From NCBI GenBank assembly GCA_002269645.1, contig NIVC01002714.1, positions 8,574-72,573 on the forward strand: 64,000 bases of DNA. Reading direction: 5' to 3'. The stretch is from Macrostomum lignano. Taxonomy: Eukaryota. Both the position numbers and the translations under genes were made by a program. Positions 27,081-39,978 of the stretch are shown here, in pieces (position 1 is the stretch's first letter; each line of letters starts with the position of its first letter). The notes beneath the pieces were generated by a model, which was not told the origin of the DNA, ran no database searches, and saw only the letters and a list, made by a program, of their open reading frames with translations.

Positions 27081-28189
27081 ACTGGGGAATGGGGATGTAG
27101 GAGGTTTGGCGGTAGTCCAGTAACAGTATTTTTCATGTAAGAGCAAACCTTATCGTTATTTCTTGTTTAAAAACTATAAATATTTGAACTGGAGTAAAAG
27201 AACAATAAATTGAATCGCTTGCACTTACATCTATCATCAGGATGCCAACTTCTGACTTTAACTGCATTCTTAAGAAGTAATTCGCATGCAAAGAGTGCAA
27301 AAAGGAATTTAATAATGAATTTTACTAATTGACAAATACATTCGAATATATACAGTCCGCAAAAACTGTTAACATAGTTTGAAAATGCATTAGATAGATG
27401 TGCCTTAGAATTTTTAGCCTGCAGAAAAAATGTCAATTTTAGATTAAACATGTTAAGAACATGTAGCCAAACATTTTAAGGAGTTCAAAATGGAGATTAG
27501 GCTAAAGTGCAATAGTTGGGTGAAAGGAAAGGACTATATATAAACTATGGACTTAAACTATGGAAATATTTGTATTATGGCAAGTCTTTTAGAATGAAAA
27601 AAATATGCAAAGCTGACTGATATGAACCTTAATAATGTCTATTACTTGTGTGTTAATACAATTTATTTGTTAGTGCACTTCTAGGGCCTCAATAAAAGCC
27701 AACGAAAAAGGTGTAAAAATTGAAACAGTGTAAAATTAAACCTTTAACACCAGAGGAGACTTTGATAGTAGAAATAAATATTTTTGATATTTGGTGGTGA
27801 TAGCCTAAAAAACCATAGTTCCTACCAAAAATGCTGCAGTTATAACTTTCTTCTCTTTTATTTTTTTTGTTTATTCAAGTATTTTCTTTTCTTCATTCTT
27901 CCTATTAATATCTATAGTACCAAGTAAGAAAAATCTAACTTTTAGTTAATATAAATACATTTTATACATGCCTCAAATACTAGACAAGAGATAAACAAAT
28001 TATATATCAATATATATTCAATTTTGTAAGACTATAATATTCTAGAAGAAAATGCTTATTATACCATTTTAAGGGCTTTCAAACTCTATGCCCAAGGATA
28101 GTGTCTAAACTTTTTGCTCTTTCCCCTCCTGGTATTAGGAGTTATATGGTTTAGCAAAAGTATGATACTAATTTAGGACAACATAGGCC

Positions 28190-28586
28190 TGTTGCAATGT
28201 TATTCCAATGTACCTAGCTTCTAGAAATTTCCCTTTCTCTTTGCACATTCTATATGAGTAAAATTTCTAAATTAAGTAAAAGAAATTTCCCCATTTTTCT
28301 GCAAATTTCTATAGCAAAATTTTTCTATGTTTAAACTTTACATAACTTATACTTTAATTATTAGCCATATTCTTATTTAATGCATTTACCATTATTAACT
28401 ACAATATATATTATAATACCATATCTTTGTTATAATCTTAAAGAAATTTCTAGAATACCATTAATTTTTCTATAAATACACACCAGGCAAACCCAGCTAA
28501 TAAGCAACGTTCTGTAATCTCAATTATCAAAAATAAACAAACGAACCACCACTTACAAGCCTTACTTATTTTGCAAACCCACTACA
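28190..28586 (+). repeat. 5' LTR of the Gypsy element
   Basis: tgttgcaatgttattcc...cccactaca; aligns with 32995-33387. Confidence 0.92.
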
Positions 28587-28789
28587 ACTGGTCTGGTGAG
28601 GCATCTAATTGACTAGTATTTCATTCAGAGCATTCAATTCATTCAATGTGTACGATCCAATAGCGGAAGGAAACACCAACACACCATCAGTGGTCAGCCA
28701 ACAGCCCTCCGGGGGTACGCCTGCACCTGCCACGTTGCCTACACAAGGAATGAGTGTCGCGGCAGCACCTGTCAACCAGCCCACGGTAG

Positions 28790-31700
28790 CTGTGGTAGCC
28801 CTTAAGGTACCACCATTCTTTTGTGGCAACCCCGATGCATAGTTTTGGATGTTGGATGCTCAGTTCAACCTTCAAAACATCACATCCGAGGTAATGCAGT
28901 TCAACCACCTGATCTGTCATCTACCAGAGGATATTGCAGCTGTTTTATTGTCTGTGGACACTCCAGCCAACTATACCACATTGAAGCAAGTCATACTGAA
29001 GATGCTTCAGAAGAGTCAGCAGGAGCAAATTAATGAGGTCATGAGCATCTCTGACCTGGGAAGAGACAAACCCAGCACCATACAGTGGCTGCAGGCCAAG
29101 ATGGCATAGTGCAACATCAAGGAGAACCCAGACATGGTCAAGGCCACGCTTCTTCGCTGCCTCCCAGCAGAGCTACACCTTCATCTGTCCAGTTTCCAAG
29201 ACAAAGATCCAGCATGGCTTGCTTCCATTGTGGACTCCATGCTGGCTATCCAGCAGTCATCTGGCCACCATGTCCATGCAGTTCAGAGTGCAGCAGGTAA
29301 CTCAAAGACACTGGGGCCATGGCAGAAGTCCCAGCTGACATCTAGTATGGAGCCCTTTTACCCAGGCCAAAAAACCAGTAGTCTGCAGAGGACATCTATA
29401 CTATGGTGCACAAACACACACATGTAGATGCTGGTGCCAGTTCCCGCACTCATCTAGTGGTTGCCAGCCTTGCATCATAGGTCCCAACAAAAGGACTCTG
29501 GTGCAATCCCGCTTGAACTTGCCAGAATATCTGGCCCAAGGAAACTTCTAGGCACTACCCATGACGCCGCAATTAGCAGTGCCACAGACAAAGCGGCGTG
29601 CAAGTCTTGTCTTATCGTCAACCTCCTCTTCAATGCGTGTCGCCGACTGTTCCTGGTTGATATTGGCGCTGCAGTGTCTATATCATCCTACCACAGTACT
29701 TATCCCAAAATGTCCAAGCAACAGGATTCCGATTAACCATTGCCAAAGATGAGACCATTCCTGTTGTAGGCATAATCTCCCTGGAGGTTGTCATTAAAGG
29801 ACTGCACCGCGCCTATCGATGGACTTTTATAGTGGCCTCCATTGTTCACCCTATCCTTGGCTACGATTTTCTGTCACATTTTGGTCTCTTGGTCGACTGC
29901 AAAGCTTGCCAGCTAGTAGATCCAACAACTGCATTCCATACTCCACTGCTGCCTGTCACTACGACAACCATCGGCAACTTCAACGTCACTCTGAACTACC
30001 CCAAAGACTGCAATCCACGCGTCAGGCGGCTGATCGGCCGATTTCAGGGTCTTTATCTATGTAGAGGGAGGTCGGCTACCACCAGTGGATGTGATCAAGC
30101 ATGACACTGTTCATAGGATCAACACTGGCAGACATCAGCCAGTGCACACCAGAGTGCATCAGCTTTATCTGGAGAAACTTCACATTGCTCCCAATGAATT
30201 CTAGCAACTCATCGATGCAGGGTACATCTATCCATCTAAGAGTTCATGGGCTTCGCCTCTTTGCCACATGGTTCCAAAGAAATTAGACAGGAAGCCATCT
30301 GGCAAATGGCAACCATGTGGCAACTATTGAGTGCTAAACAGCACTACCAAGCCAGACAGTTACCTGGTCCCACATATCTAGAGTTTCACTCATTATCTCC
30401 ATGGCGCAAAAATGTTCAGCAAGCTTGATCTGGTTCGCGCTTACCATCAGATCCCCATCGCAGAAAAGGATATCGCCAAGACTGCTATCATCACACCATT
30501 TGGCCTTTTTGAGTGGACTAGGATGCCCTTTCGACTTTGCAATGCCACGCAGACCTTCTAGTGCTTCATCGACTCTGTCCTGCGTGGCCTATCTTGCATC
30601 ATCACCTACTTGGATGACCTTCTGGTCTACTCGAGGTCGGAGGAAGAGCATCTCTAACACCTAGAAGCCATGTTGACCCGACTCGCTCACCACAGCTTAA
30701 AGGTTCAGCTCAGCAAATGTTTTCCTTAGGAGTGTAGTCACCTTTCTCAGCTATCATGTTTCCTCCAATGGAATCCGACCTCTTAAAATGAGAGTCAATA
30801 CCATCAAAAACTGGCCAGTTCCTCACAACACTGCTGCCCTGCAACATTTCCTTGGTGTGAATTGTGTGATCGGTTTCTATGGATGTTTCATCTCCGGTTT
30901 TGCATCTGCTGTAGCCCCATTGCAGGATCTGCTCACTGCAGCACTACGGTCTCCTCGATCCTACCAATGGAGCGACATCCACCAAGCCACATTCAACAAC
31001 CTCAAGAAGAAGCTCGCCGAGCGTCTCCTGCTATACCACCCCGATCCAGACTGCTCGGCCTATCAGATGGTCACAGATGCTTCTGCTACCAGCGTCAGAG
31101 CTGCATCGCATCAGACAATCGGAGAACAGACCACCTTGATCGGCATGTTCAGTAAGAAGCTCTCTGCCACCTAGCGAGCCTATTCAGCATTTGATCGAGA
31201 GCTACTAGCCACTTACCTTGCTGTGCTTCACTTCTGGAACCTGATCGAGGGCAGGCATGTCACAGTCTTCATGGATCACAAGCAGGCATTCCGGCACAAC
31301 TCCCATGGCAACTCCAACCACAACTAGCGCTACATGAACATCCTGTCTGAGTATGTCACTGACTTTCAATATATCTGTGGCTCAGACAACGCTGTTGCTG
31401 ATGCACTTTCCAGACTCAACAAGCCGACTGCCATTGTAGCCAACAAGCAGGGTGCAGTGTCAACTGACTTGTTAGCAATTGCTGATCAGCAAGCTGCCGA
31501 ACACCTTTCCAAATCAGACCATCGCCACTTCTTTCTACTTGGAGACAGCTGTCACATACTCTGCGAGACCTCTACAGGTTACCCTTGCCCAGTCATCCCC
31601 ATTTCCATGCGTGAATCACTGCTAAAACATTTTCATGAACTTGGTCATTACAGATTCCACAGGACTGCCAACCTGATCATCAGCTGCTACTACTGGACTA

Positions 31701-32626
31701 GCATACGCGCAGAGATCAAGGTCTTTTGCAGGTCCTGCGAGGTTTGTCAGTGCACCAAGATAGACCGCCACATGATGGCCAGTAGCGCTGCCTTCAACCT
31801 CCCATCCAACAGGTTCAAGATGGTACACATCGACATTGTAGGCCCTTTTCCAGTTCCCAAAAGGAAACATGATACTCAGTGCGGTCTTACACCTCGAAAT
31901 CTCCTTACCATGATTGACTGCAACACAGGCTGGCTAGAGGCGACACCATTCGAGACCATCACAGCACAAAGTATAGGAGCAGCTTTCATCTCTTCCTGGA
32001 TTTCTCGCTTCGAAGTGCTCCTATATGTCATCACTGATAGAGGACCATAGTTTGAGTCCGAGCTCTTCAAGACACTCTTGTCCGCCCTGGGTTTTCACTA
32101 TCTGCGCACCACAGTGTACCACCCAAAGTGCAATGGGAAGATTGAGAGCGCCCACAGGACTCTGAAGACAATGCTTAAGGCGTGCGGTCTTGCTTGGCTT
32201 GACAACCTCCCATTGGCATTCCCCACCATGCATGTCGCTCTGGATGATTCAGGCCTCAGCCTATTTACCAGGCTCACTAGCGAGCATCTGATGCTTCCAC
32301 AGGTTATTGTCAGTGACAAAGACCCTAACTCCATTCAGCTGAGCTTGGACCACCTCTTGGAGCAGCGACCAAGAAAGCTATCTACCACACCACATGTGCC
32401 TCAGGAGCTATGGTTGACCGATAAGGTTTGGGTCCATATGGACAGGGTGAGGAAGCCATTGGAAGCACCATACTCCAGACTGTACCCAGTCATTTGGCGC
32501 ACTCCCAAGTTTTTCATCATTGAGTCCCACCCTGGCCACAAAGAAGCCATCTCCATTGACAGGCTCAAACCCTGCAGGTTGACGCCAAGGCCACCAACAC
32601 AGAGCAGGCCTAGGCAGTCCATATAG
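28790..32626 (+). pseudogene. Disrupted gag-pol of the Gypsy element
   Basis: gag ALKVPPFF..FWMLDAQF; protease LVDIGA (DTG mutated); [22 protein letters not shown]; RNase H VTDAS; integrase GH...CxxC, HIDIVGP, ITDRG; many stops and frameshifts. Confidence 0.9.
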
Positions 32627-32994
32627 CTGACTTTGGGGCAGGAGGAAACCTCTACACCAGCCAGACACCAGGACGACATGGAGGCCACACCAACATCCAC
32701 TACAGCGAATACACCAAAAGTTGACAAGGAGGCGCCGACGACCTAATCAAGCAGTGGATAATGCATTCAATTTAAAGCCCACAATGACTACCATTACTTC
32801 TGACATTTTTGATACAGATAAGGTCTGATTTTGACCTTATCTGTATCATAATCGCATCCTGCTATTCCTTCATGACAGGCTTTAGACCTGACCATTGACA
32901 TCTTTAGTGTATATAGCTCATTCAGTCATTAATTTGTACATACTGCGCAATCGTCATTCTATCCTGAGACTCCATCTCTAGCAAGGGGGACTAT

Positions 32995-33387
32995 TGTTGC
33001 AATGTTATTCCAATGTACCTAGCTTCTAGAAATTTCCCTTTTTCTGCGCATTCTATGAGTAAAATTTCCAAATTAAGTAAAAGATTTTTCCCCATTTTTC
33101 TGCAAATTTCTATAGCAAAATATTTCTACCTTTAAACTTTACATAACTTATACTTTAATTATTAGCCATATTCTTATTCAACGCATTTACCCTTATTAAT
33201 TACAGTATATATTATAATACTGTATTTGTGTTATTATCTTAAAGAAATTTCTAGAAAACCATTAATTTTTCTATAAATACACACCAGGCAAACCCAGCTA
33301 ATAATCAAGGTTCTGTAATCTTGATTATCGATAATAAACAAACAAACCACCGCTTACAAGCCTCACTTATTTCGCAGACCTATTACA
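32995..33387 (+). repeat. 3' LTR of the Gypsy element
   Basis: tgttgcaatgttattcc...cctattaca. Confidence 0.92.
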
Positions 33388-34009
33388 GGCCTAAGAATAT
33401 TATATTAATTAATAGTATTTTACATACTTGCGCAACTTCTGAAATTACGCTGGCCGTGCGACTTAGTTTTCGATCAAAAATGCGACTTACCTATGTAAGA
33501 AAGCTAAACAAAGAATTGTGGGTAAACGGCAGGAGTAACTATGACCATATTTTAAAGGCTAAATGCCTCGCCAGCTAATTAGTGCAGATTTCGCGGTTTT
33601 TATTACAGCTAATCAGTATATCATAGTGGCGGCCTGAGGCAATTAGTAATGATGACAATGAGTAAAGACATGTAATGACAAAAGTCATGATTCATGAATG
33701 TCTAGAAGTAAGTGAAGTGAATACAGTGTGGCCTATAGCTCAAGAATAATTTCACTTGCTAGACGATTTGGCATGGAAGATGAGAGCCCTGATTCAGATG
33801 GCTCATCAGATGCAGAATACAAATCCAGTAGAGATACAAGCTGTGAAAACCCACAGATTTTGAAACCACTGAATTCCAATTCCCGAAACTATTTTGCATA
33901 GATTCTTAAATTTGAAGTCATGCTCAAACAAAAACTTGTTAACAGTTAGGAAAAAGGCAAACAAGGATAGGAGTAAATGCATGTTAAATTAAGATTTGAG
34001 GCCTTTGCA

Positions 34010-34710
34010 AATTCTCTCCTTTCCTCAATCTTCTCATCCTCTTTTTCTTTTCTCTCTCATCCCTCATCCCTTCTCTCTTTCCTCTCCTCTCTCCTCTCTT
34101 TCCTCCTCTCTTATCTCTTCTGTCTCCTGTCTACATTCTTATCTCTCCTCTCGTCTCTCTCCACTTCACTCTACTCTCTCATCTTATCTCTCCTCTCGTC
34201 TCTCTCCACTCAACTCTCTCATCTCATATCTCCTCTCTTCTCTACTCTCTTATCTCTCCTCTCTTCACTCTCCTCTTATCTCCTCCTTATCCTCTCTTCT
34301 CTCGTCTACTCTCTTATCTCCTTTCTTCTCTCCTCTTTCCTCTTTCCTCTCTTTTCTGATCTCATCCATCATCATATCTTTCCTCTTTCCTCTCATCTCT
34401 CTCATCTCTCTCCTCCCTCAGCTTTTCTCTCATCTTCTATCTTTTCTCCCATTGCATCGCTCGCCTCTCCTCTGTTTGCTTATCTCCAATCTTCTATTCC
34501 CTCTACTTTGAAGTAAGAAAATATGCACACATTTTTGCTGAAGATAAGAGGAGAGAAGAGGGCATTGAGGAGAAAGGGTAGAGAGAAAAGGGAGAAAGGA
34601 GAGGGGAGAAGAGAGGAGAGTAAAAATGAAAGGAGAGAGAAGAGGGAAAAGGGAGAGAGAGAGAAGAGGGGAGGCAAGGTAGAGAAGAAGAGAGAGATGA
34701 GAGTTGAAGA
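34010..34710. repeat. CT-rich followed by GA-rich low-complexity tract
   Basis: Polypyrimidine 34010-34500, then polypurine 34545-34710. Confidence 0.85.
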
Positions 34711-34964
34711 GACACTAACCTTGCTAGTTAGAAAGTTTCAAAGAACCCGAGGGGCGAGGGCCAGATAGAGGGGCTTTGCGAGCTGGACTTTGCCGACCCC
34801 TGCTCCGGAGTTAAAGAAATCAATGGGAAACTGTTGACATAGGCTGCTGATTTCAAAGATCTTGTCTATGGTTGAAGGCTTCTATTCTGTTTTTTTTGCT
34901 CTCCTGCCACACTTGCACCTACTACCCCTTGATCGCCTCTGATTGCGACTTACTTCCCTCTTAT

Positions 34965-35885
34965 TGCGACTTAGTTGCTCCTTTTGCGACTTACCTAATC
35001 CTTTTTGCGACTTACCTAATCCTTTTTGCGACTTACCTAATCCTTTTGCGACTTACCTAATCCTTTTTGCGACTTAGTTGCTCCTTTTGCGACTTACCCA
35101 ATCCTTTTTGCGACTTACCTAATCCTTTTGCGACTTGACCTAATCCTTTTTGCGACTTAGTTGCTCCTTTTGCGACTTACCTAATCCTTTTTGCAACTTA
35201 GTTGCTCCTTTTGCGACTTACCTAACCCTTTTGCGACTTACCTAATCCTTTTTGCGACTTACCTAATCTTTTTGCGACTTGACCTAATCCTTTTTGCGAC
35301 TTGACCTAATCCTTTTTGCGACTTAGTTGCTCCTTTTGCGACTTACCTAATCCTTTTTGCAACTTAGTTGCTCCTTTTGCGACTTACCTAACCCTTTTGC
35401 GACTTACCTAATCCTTTTTGCGACTTACCTAATCTTTTTGCGACTTGACCTAATCCTTTTTGCGACTTAGTTGCTCCTTTTGCGACTTACCTAACCCTTT
35501 TGCGACTTACCTAATCCTTTTGCGACTTACCTAATCCTTTTTGCGACTTGACCTAATCCTTTTTGCGACTTAGTTGCTCCTTTTGCGACTTACCTAATCC
35601 TTTTGCGACTTACCTAATCCTTTTTGCGACTTACCTAATCCTTTTGCGACTTACCTAATCCTTTTTGCGACTTACCTAATCTTTTTGCGACTTGACCTAA
35701 TCCTTTTTGCGACTTAGTTGCTCCTTTTGCGACTTACCTAATCCTTTTGCGACTTACCTAATCCTTTTTGCGACTTACCTAACCCTTTTGCGACTTACCT
35801 AATCCTTTTGCGACTTACCTAATCCTTTTTGCGACTTGACCGAATCCTTTTTGCAACTTAGTTGCTCCTTTTGCGACTTACCTAA
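34965..35885. repeat. 20-21-bp minisatellite (ttttgcgacttacctaatcc)
   Basis: About 44 units with a tagttgctcc variant. Confidence 0.94.
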
Positions 35886-37508
35886 TCATTTGTGCAACTT
35901 AATTTGCTTCTGCTGCAACTTGTTTTTCTTTTGCTTCACCATTTTACTTCCCTATATTGCTCTTTCCTCTTGCATTTTTTCGTTTTTGGTCAACTCAATT
36001 TTGCGACTTACCCTGGTCCACCACAATTTACGGTGGCCAGATCGGCCAGCTCGGCCAGCAGTTGCGCATGTATGGTATTTTAGCAGAGCAATATATAGCA
36101 TATGATATAGCCTATGATACAACCCAAAATTTATATAAATAAAAAACAAATCAAAGTAAAAGTAAAAAATGAACAAATTGGCAAAAACAATTTAAGCAAA
36201 TAACAAATAAGCTAGATATTTGATAATAATACCAAACTCTTTAAAATTAGACAATGATGAAAGAAATTTACTATGAAAAATAAAAACCTTTTACATGTTT
36301 CAAAAATCTTTAATCTTGCCAACAACATTTTTGCTTGTTTTAATAAAAGCATCACTTGCAAAAAATAGTTCAAGGCTCTCCAAGAAGAAATTGGCATTGC
36401 ACAGCTTGCTTTCAAGTGGAATGTTGAGTTAAGATGACTAATTCTACTGCCCCATTTAGAGTGAATACTCAAATACTTGGCTCTTTTGACAGCTTTTCTT
36501 TTGGAGTCTGCAGATGATTTGAAGCACATACAATGACTCCAAGCTGCCTTTCAAGACTTATACACAATAGTTTGTGTAGGCCTCTGCTTTGGAATCTACA
36601 CACTGAAGCTTGCTACAATGCTAGCCATTTTGAGAGCTCATTTCAAGAAAGCAGCACAGTTCTTATTTACTGATTGCATACTAAGCTGATTGCCTTTCTA
36701 GAGTTGATAACTATTTATTTTATGTAGCCATTTGCCCTTAAGAGGAAATTTGTCTCTGTTGGCTTTAAAAACCAAAGCCTATACTTGCCTATGTCTAGTA
36801 CTGCCATTATGTACTAGCAAGACTGTCGTAGGTAGCAAGACAATAAAAAAGATCAACCACTCATTTATCACTTTAAGCAATTTTACCTTGTTGTGATAAC
36901 CTACTTGCAGGAGAAACTGCTATTAAAAAAGAATATTCTGCAAAGCATAAAGTTCCTTGATTTTTCAAGGGAAATTGATAAAGAATCTATGATTTTTGTT
37001 CCCAAAAAGCTTCCCTAAATTGTTCTTGCTGGCAAATTGAGTAGCTTAAGCCTGGTTCACATTTCCGCAAATAGCTCAGTGCTTCAAACTAATAGCTGTT
37101 CGCCGCCGCTACCAGCTGATTGCGAACGCTACTATCCATGCGCAGCTCTACTATCCAAAAGTCTGCCGCTCCTAGCGGACTCTAATAGTGATTTTATTTG
37201 GTTCTATTCATTAGAACTAGAAAGGACAATATAACTTTCAATTTAATGCATGGCAAACAAAACCAAAATGCACCCCATTCACATAAACACTCACAACTCC
37301 TTGCCTTGAGTTGTCCGCTTCTGCAGCATGGATGGCAGGGGTAGGCGTACAGTAAATTTAAACAATTGTCATTGCTCACTGCTCACTGTACAATGAGTAC
37401 AGACAATTTCTTGCGCAACCAGACAGGAGCACAGCTGGAGGCTATATGAAACGAATAGAACCATGCTCTATTCTTCACCCCAAACTCCACACAACTTGAT
37501 ACCTGGAA

Positions 37509-38336
37509 ATGTCTGACTTGTCACACGAGACTCCGAAGTTGGATGTAACTCTGATAGATGAAGTTGCCAAACATGAAGTTGTCTACAACATCTCAAGCCG
37601 AAAATTCAAGGATCAGCAGGCAAAAACCAGCGCATGGAATCAGATTGCTGAGACTTTGGGCAAGGATGCAACTTGGTGCCTCAAACGGTTTCAAGGTCTC
37701 AAGCGTGACTACTTTGTTTTCTGGCGTGGAAGCAAGCTTCCGAGTGGGAGTGCGGTCAAGCCTATTCCCAGGCGGTTGGGAATATACAGTCGCATGAACT
37801 TCCTGGACAAGTGTAAATACATTGGCGATACTATCTCAAATGTGCCTCCGCCCACACCAGAACTTGTAGCTGTGAGATCTGCTGGACCCTCTCAGCAGGC
37901 AACCTCGGTCAATGATGAGGTGCAACAATCTAGTTGAGCAGAGGCACAGGCTGCAACAACTGACCCCAGTGAGGCGTCAATGCGAGAGTTTGCGGAAAGT
38001 GTGCCAAAGAAGGCCAGAAAGGCAACTGCAACAGAAGCATCAAAGCTGGATACTGCCCTCAGCCAGTTGACTTAGCAACTGACAAAAGATGAGGACAAAT
38101 ATGCCTCCTTTGGCCAAGCAATTGGACAAGCCATCCATTGGCTTCCAACGCAAATTGAGCGCGACTATGCCATGGCACACCTGCGGAGCGAGTTGTTCAC
38201 AATCCAACTCCATGGCCTGCCCCAAAGCATTGCCATCCAAACTGAGCCTGCCGCTGATGCCACTGCTGGATCAGTTTCCTTCGACGACATGCTTGGCTCC
38301 ATCATATCCACGGTCACACCTCCCAATGACTCCTAG
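37509..38336 (+). pseudogene. Harbinger MADF (Myb/SANT-like) plus BESS-like DNA-binding protein with two in-frame stops
   Basis: LIDEVAKHEVVYN....FKD...K..AW..IA..LG......KRFQGLKRDY; later DEDKYASFGQAIG; frame continues through TGA and TAG. Confidence 0.85.
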
Positions 38337-38664
38337 AAGTGTGTGAGATAAAAGCGATAGAGTGCAATATTTTGCAAACTAGAAGCAAATCTTTCCTTTT
38401 TTTCATGACCAGATTGCATTGTGCATGTCAGAAAGCAAGTGCAGAGATCGAGAGAGACAGAAAATATAATGAAATCATAAATGAAAATGTTGAAAATATT
38501 GTCTCCAGTCTTGTCAATTTATTTATGAGTTTGGATTACTTTCTGCTGCAGCATTGTACTTTCTTGCCGCCTTGTTTGAAATTTCCAAAAAATTAGCTCA
38601 TAAATTCACGTTCTGTATGCGAAATAAACATGCGAAATAAATTAATGATTAATCAACAGTATTA

Positions 38665-39978
38665 TCAATTATCATCAGTAGATACATGCATCATTGCACT
38701 CTGCCATGGAATGGCACCATTGGGGCTGACGAAGAAGTCCCTCAGCAGCATCTGTTGCTCCCGAGTGGAGGCGCTGCTTTGATTTCAACCCAGATTCCGG
38801 GCTGGCATTACCCTGACGCTGCCTGTCACGGTGGATTTCCATGAACCCTCCTGTACCTGGCCGGTGGGCAGTTCCTGGTCAACACTTCCAGGTGGCATGT
38901 AGGACTGAGCTGCTGTAATGTTGGCCTTGTCCTCTATTTGCATGAAGTTATGCAGTACAAATGCACACCGAATAAAGGCCTCAACGTGATTGATTCTTGC
39001 TATGACAGGCCGCAGGAAGAGTTGCCAGTGAGTCACCAGGATTCCAAATGCATTCTCAATTGTGCATCTTGCTCAAGACAGCCGGTAGTTGAACACTTGC
39101 ATCTTGTAGTCCAATGGTACCATTCCGCTGCACCCCGGGAACAGGCGCATGAGATAATTCTTCAGCGGGAAAGCCTCATCACTGACAATTGCAAATGGCA
39201 TGACAAGGCTACTGCCAGAAATTCAGGAAGGCTCCGGGACTTTCACCAATCTAGACTCCAATCCAGCATACAAGGCTGAATGCGAGAAGACTCCAGCATC
39301 TCCTTCTCTCCCTGCGCTGCCACTCTCTATGTATGTGAAGATGTAGTTACTATCGCACATGGCGAGTACCAGTGAGCTGAACTGTTGCTTGTAATTGAAG
39401 TACTGGGAGCCGGTGTTTCTTGGACAATGAACCTTAAAATGCTTGCCGTCAATTGCACCGAGGCAGTTCGGAAAATGCCACTTTTCCCAGAATCCACCAG
39501 CGATTGCTTTCCATTCTTCTGCAGATGCAGGAAACTTTAGACATGTTGACGTCAACTTGTCGTAGATGGCAATCGCAGTCTCGAACATGACCCCTGACAT
39601 AGTAGAGTGTCCTCGGCCAAATCAAAACAACAAGTCGGCTTGGCTGCAACCCGAAGCCAGGTAGCAAAGCATCATCATTAGCTTCTCCTCTGCCGGAATG
39701 GCCTCTCTTCTTGCACATGGCCTGGAGAGTTTGGTTGCAACCAGTGAAAGCAGATGCTCAAACCGAGCTGGGCACATGCACATATACTTGAATTACATCT
39801 CCGAGTCTCTATCTTGTAGATGTGGGATCAATCCGGCAAACTCGCCAAGCTCTTCTCTTCATTGATGACTCGGTCTCCGCCAGCATCGCCTAGGGCGGCA
39901 GCCTTGCCTGATCAGCCTATGATGTTGCAGTATCGTTACGATTGCCAGTAGCAGTAGCTTCTTGGCTCGTGAAAGCAT
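38665..39978 (-). pseudogene. Harbinger DDE_Tnp_4 (HARBI1-like) transposase, disrupted
   Basis: WHFPNCLGAIDGKHF, GSQYFNYKQQFS, GSAGREGDAGVF, FVLHNF, RDFFVSPNGAIPWQ; several stops and frameshifts. Confidence 0.9.

Larger units (their letters stand above)
28190..33387 (+). mobile_element. Full-length but degenerate Ty3/Gypsy LTR retrotransposon
   Basis: About 395-bp LTRs (TG...CA), 4-bp TSD GGCC (28186-28189 and 33388-33391), TGG-starting PBS after the 5' LTR, PPT AAGGGGGA before the 3' LTR; gag-PR-RT-RH-INT order. Confidence 0.93.

Noticed and set aside
28800-32050. RIP-like CpA targeting inferred from the many CAG-to-TAG stops in gag-pol
   Set aside because: Transition-derived stops can only arise from CAA, CAG, CGA or TGG, so the context is forced by the genetic code; only the CpG signal in the LTRs is informative
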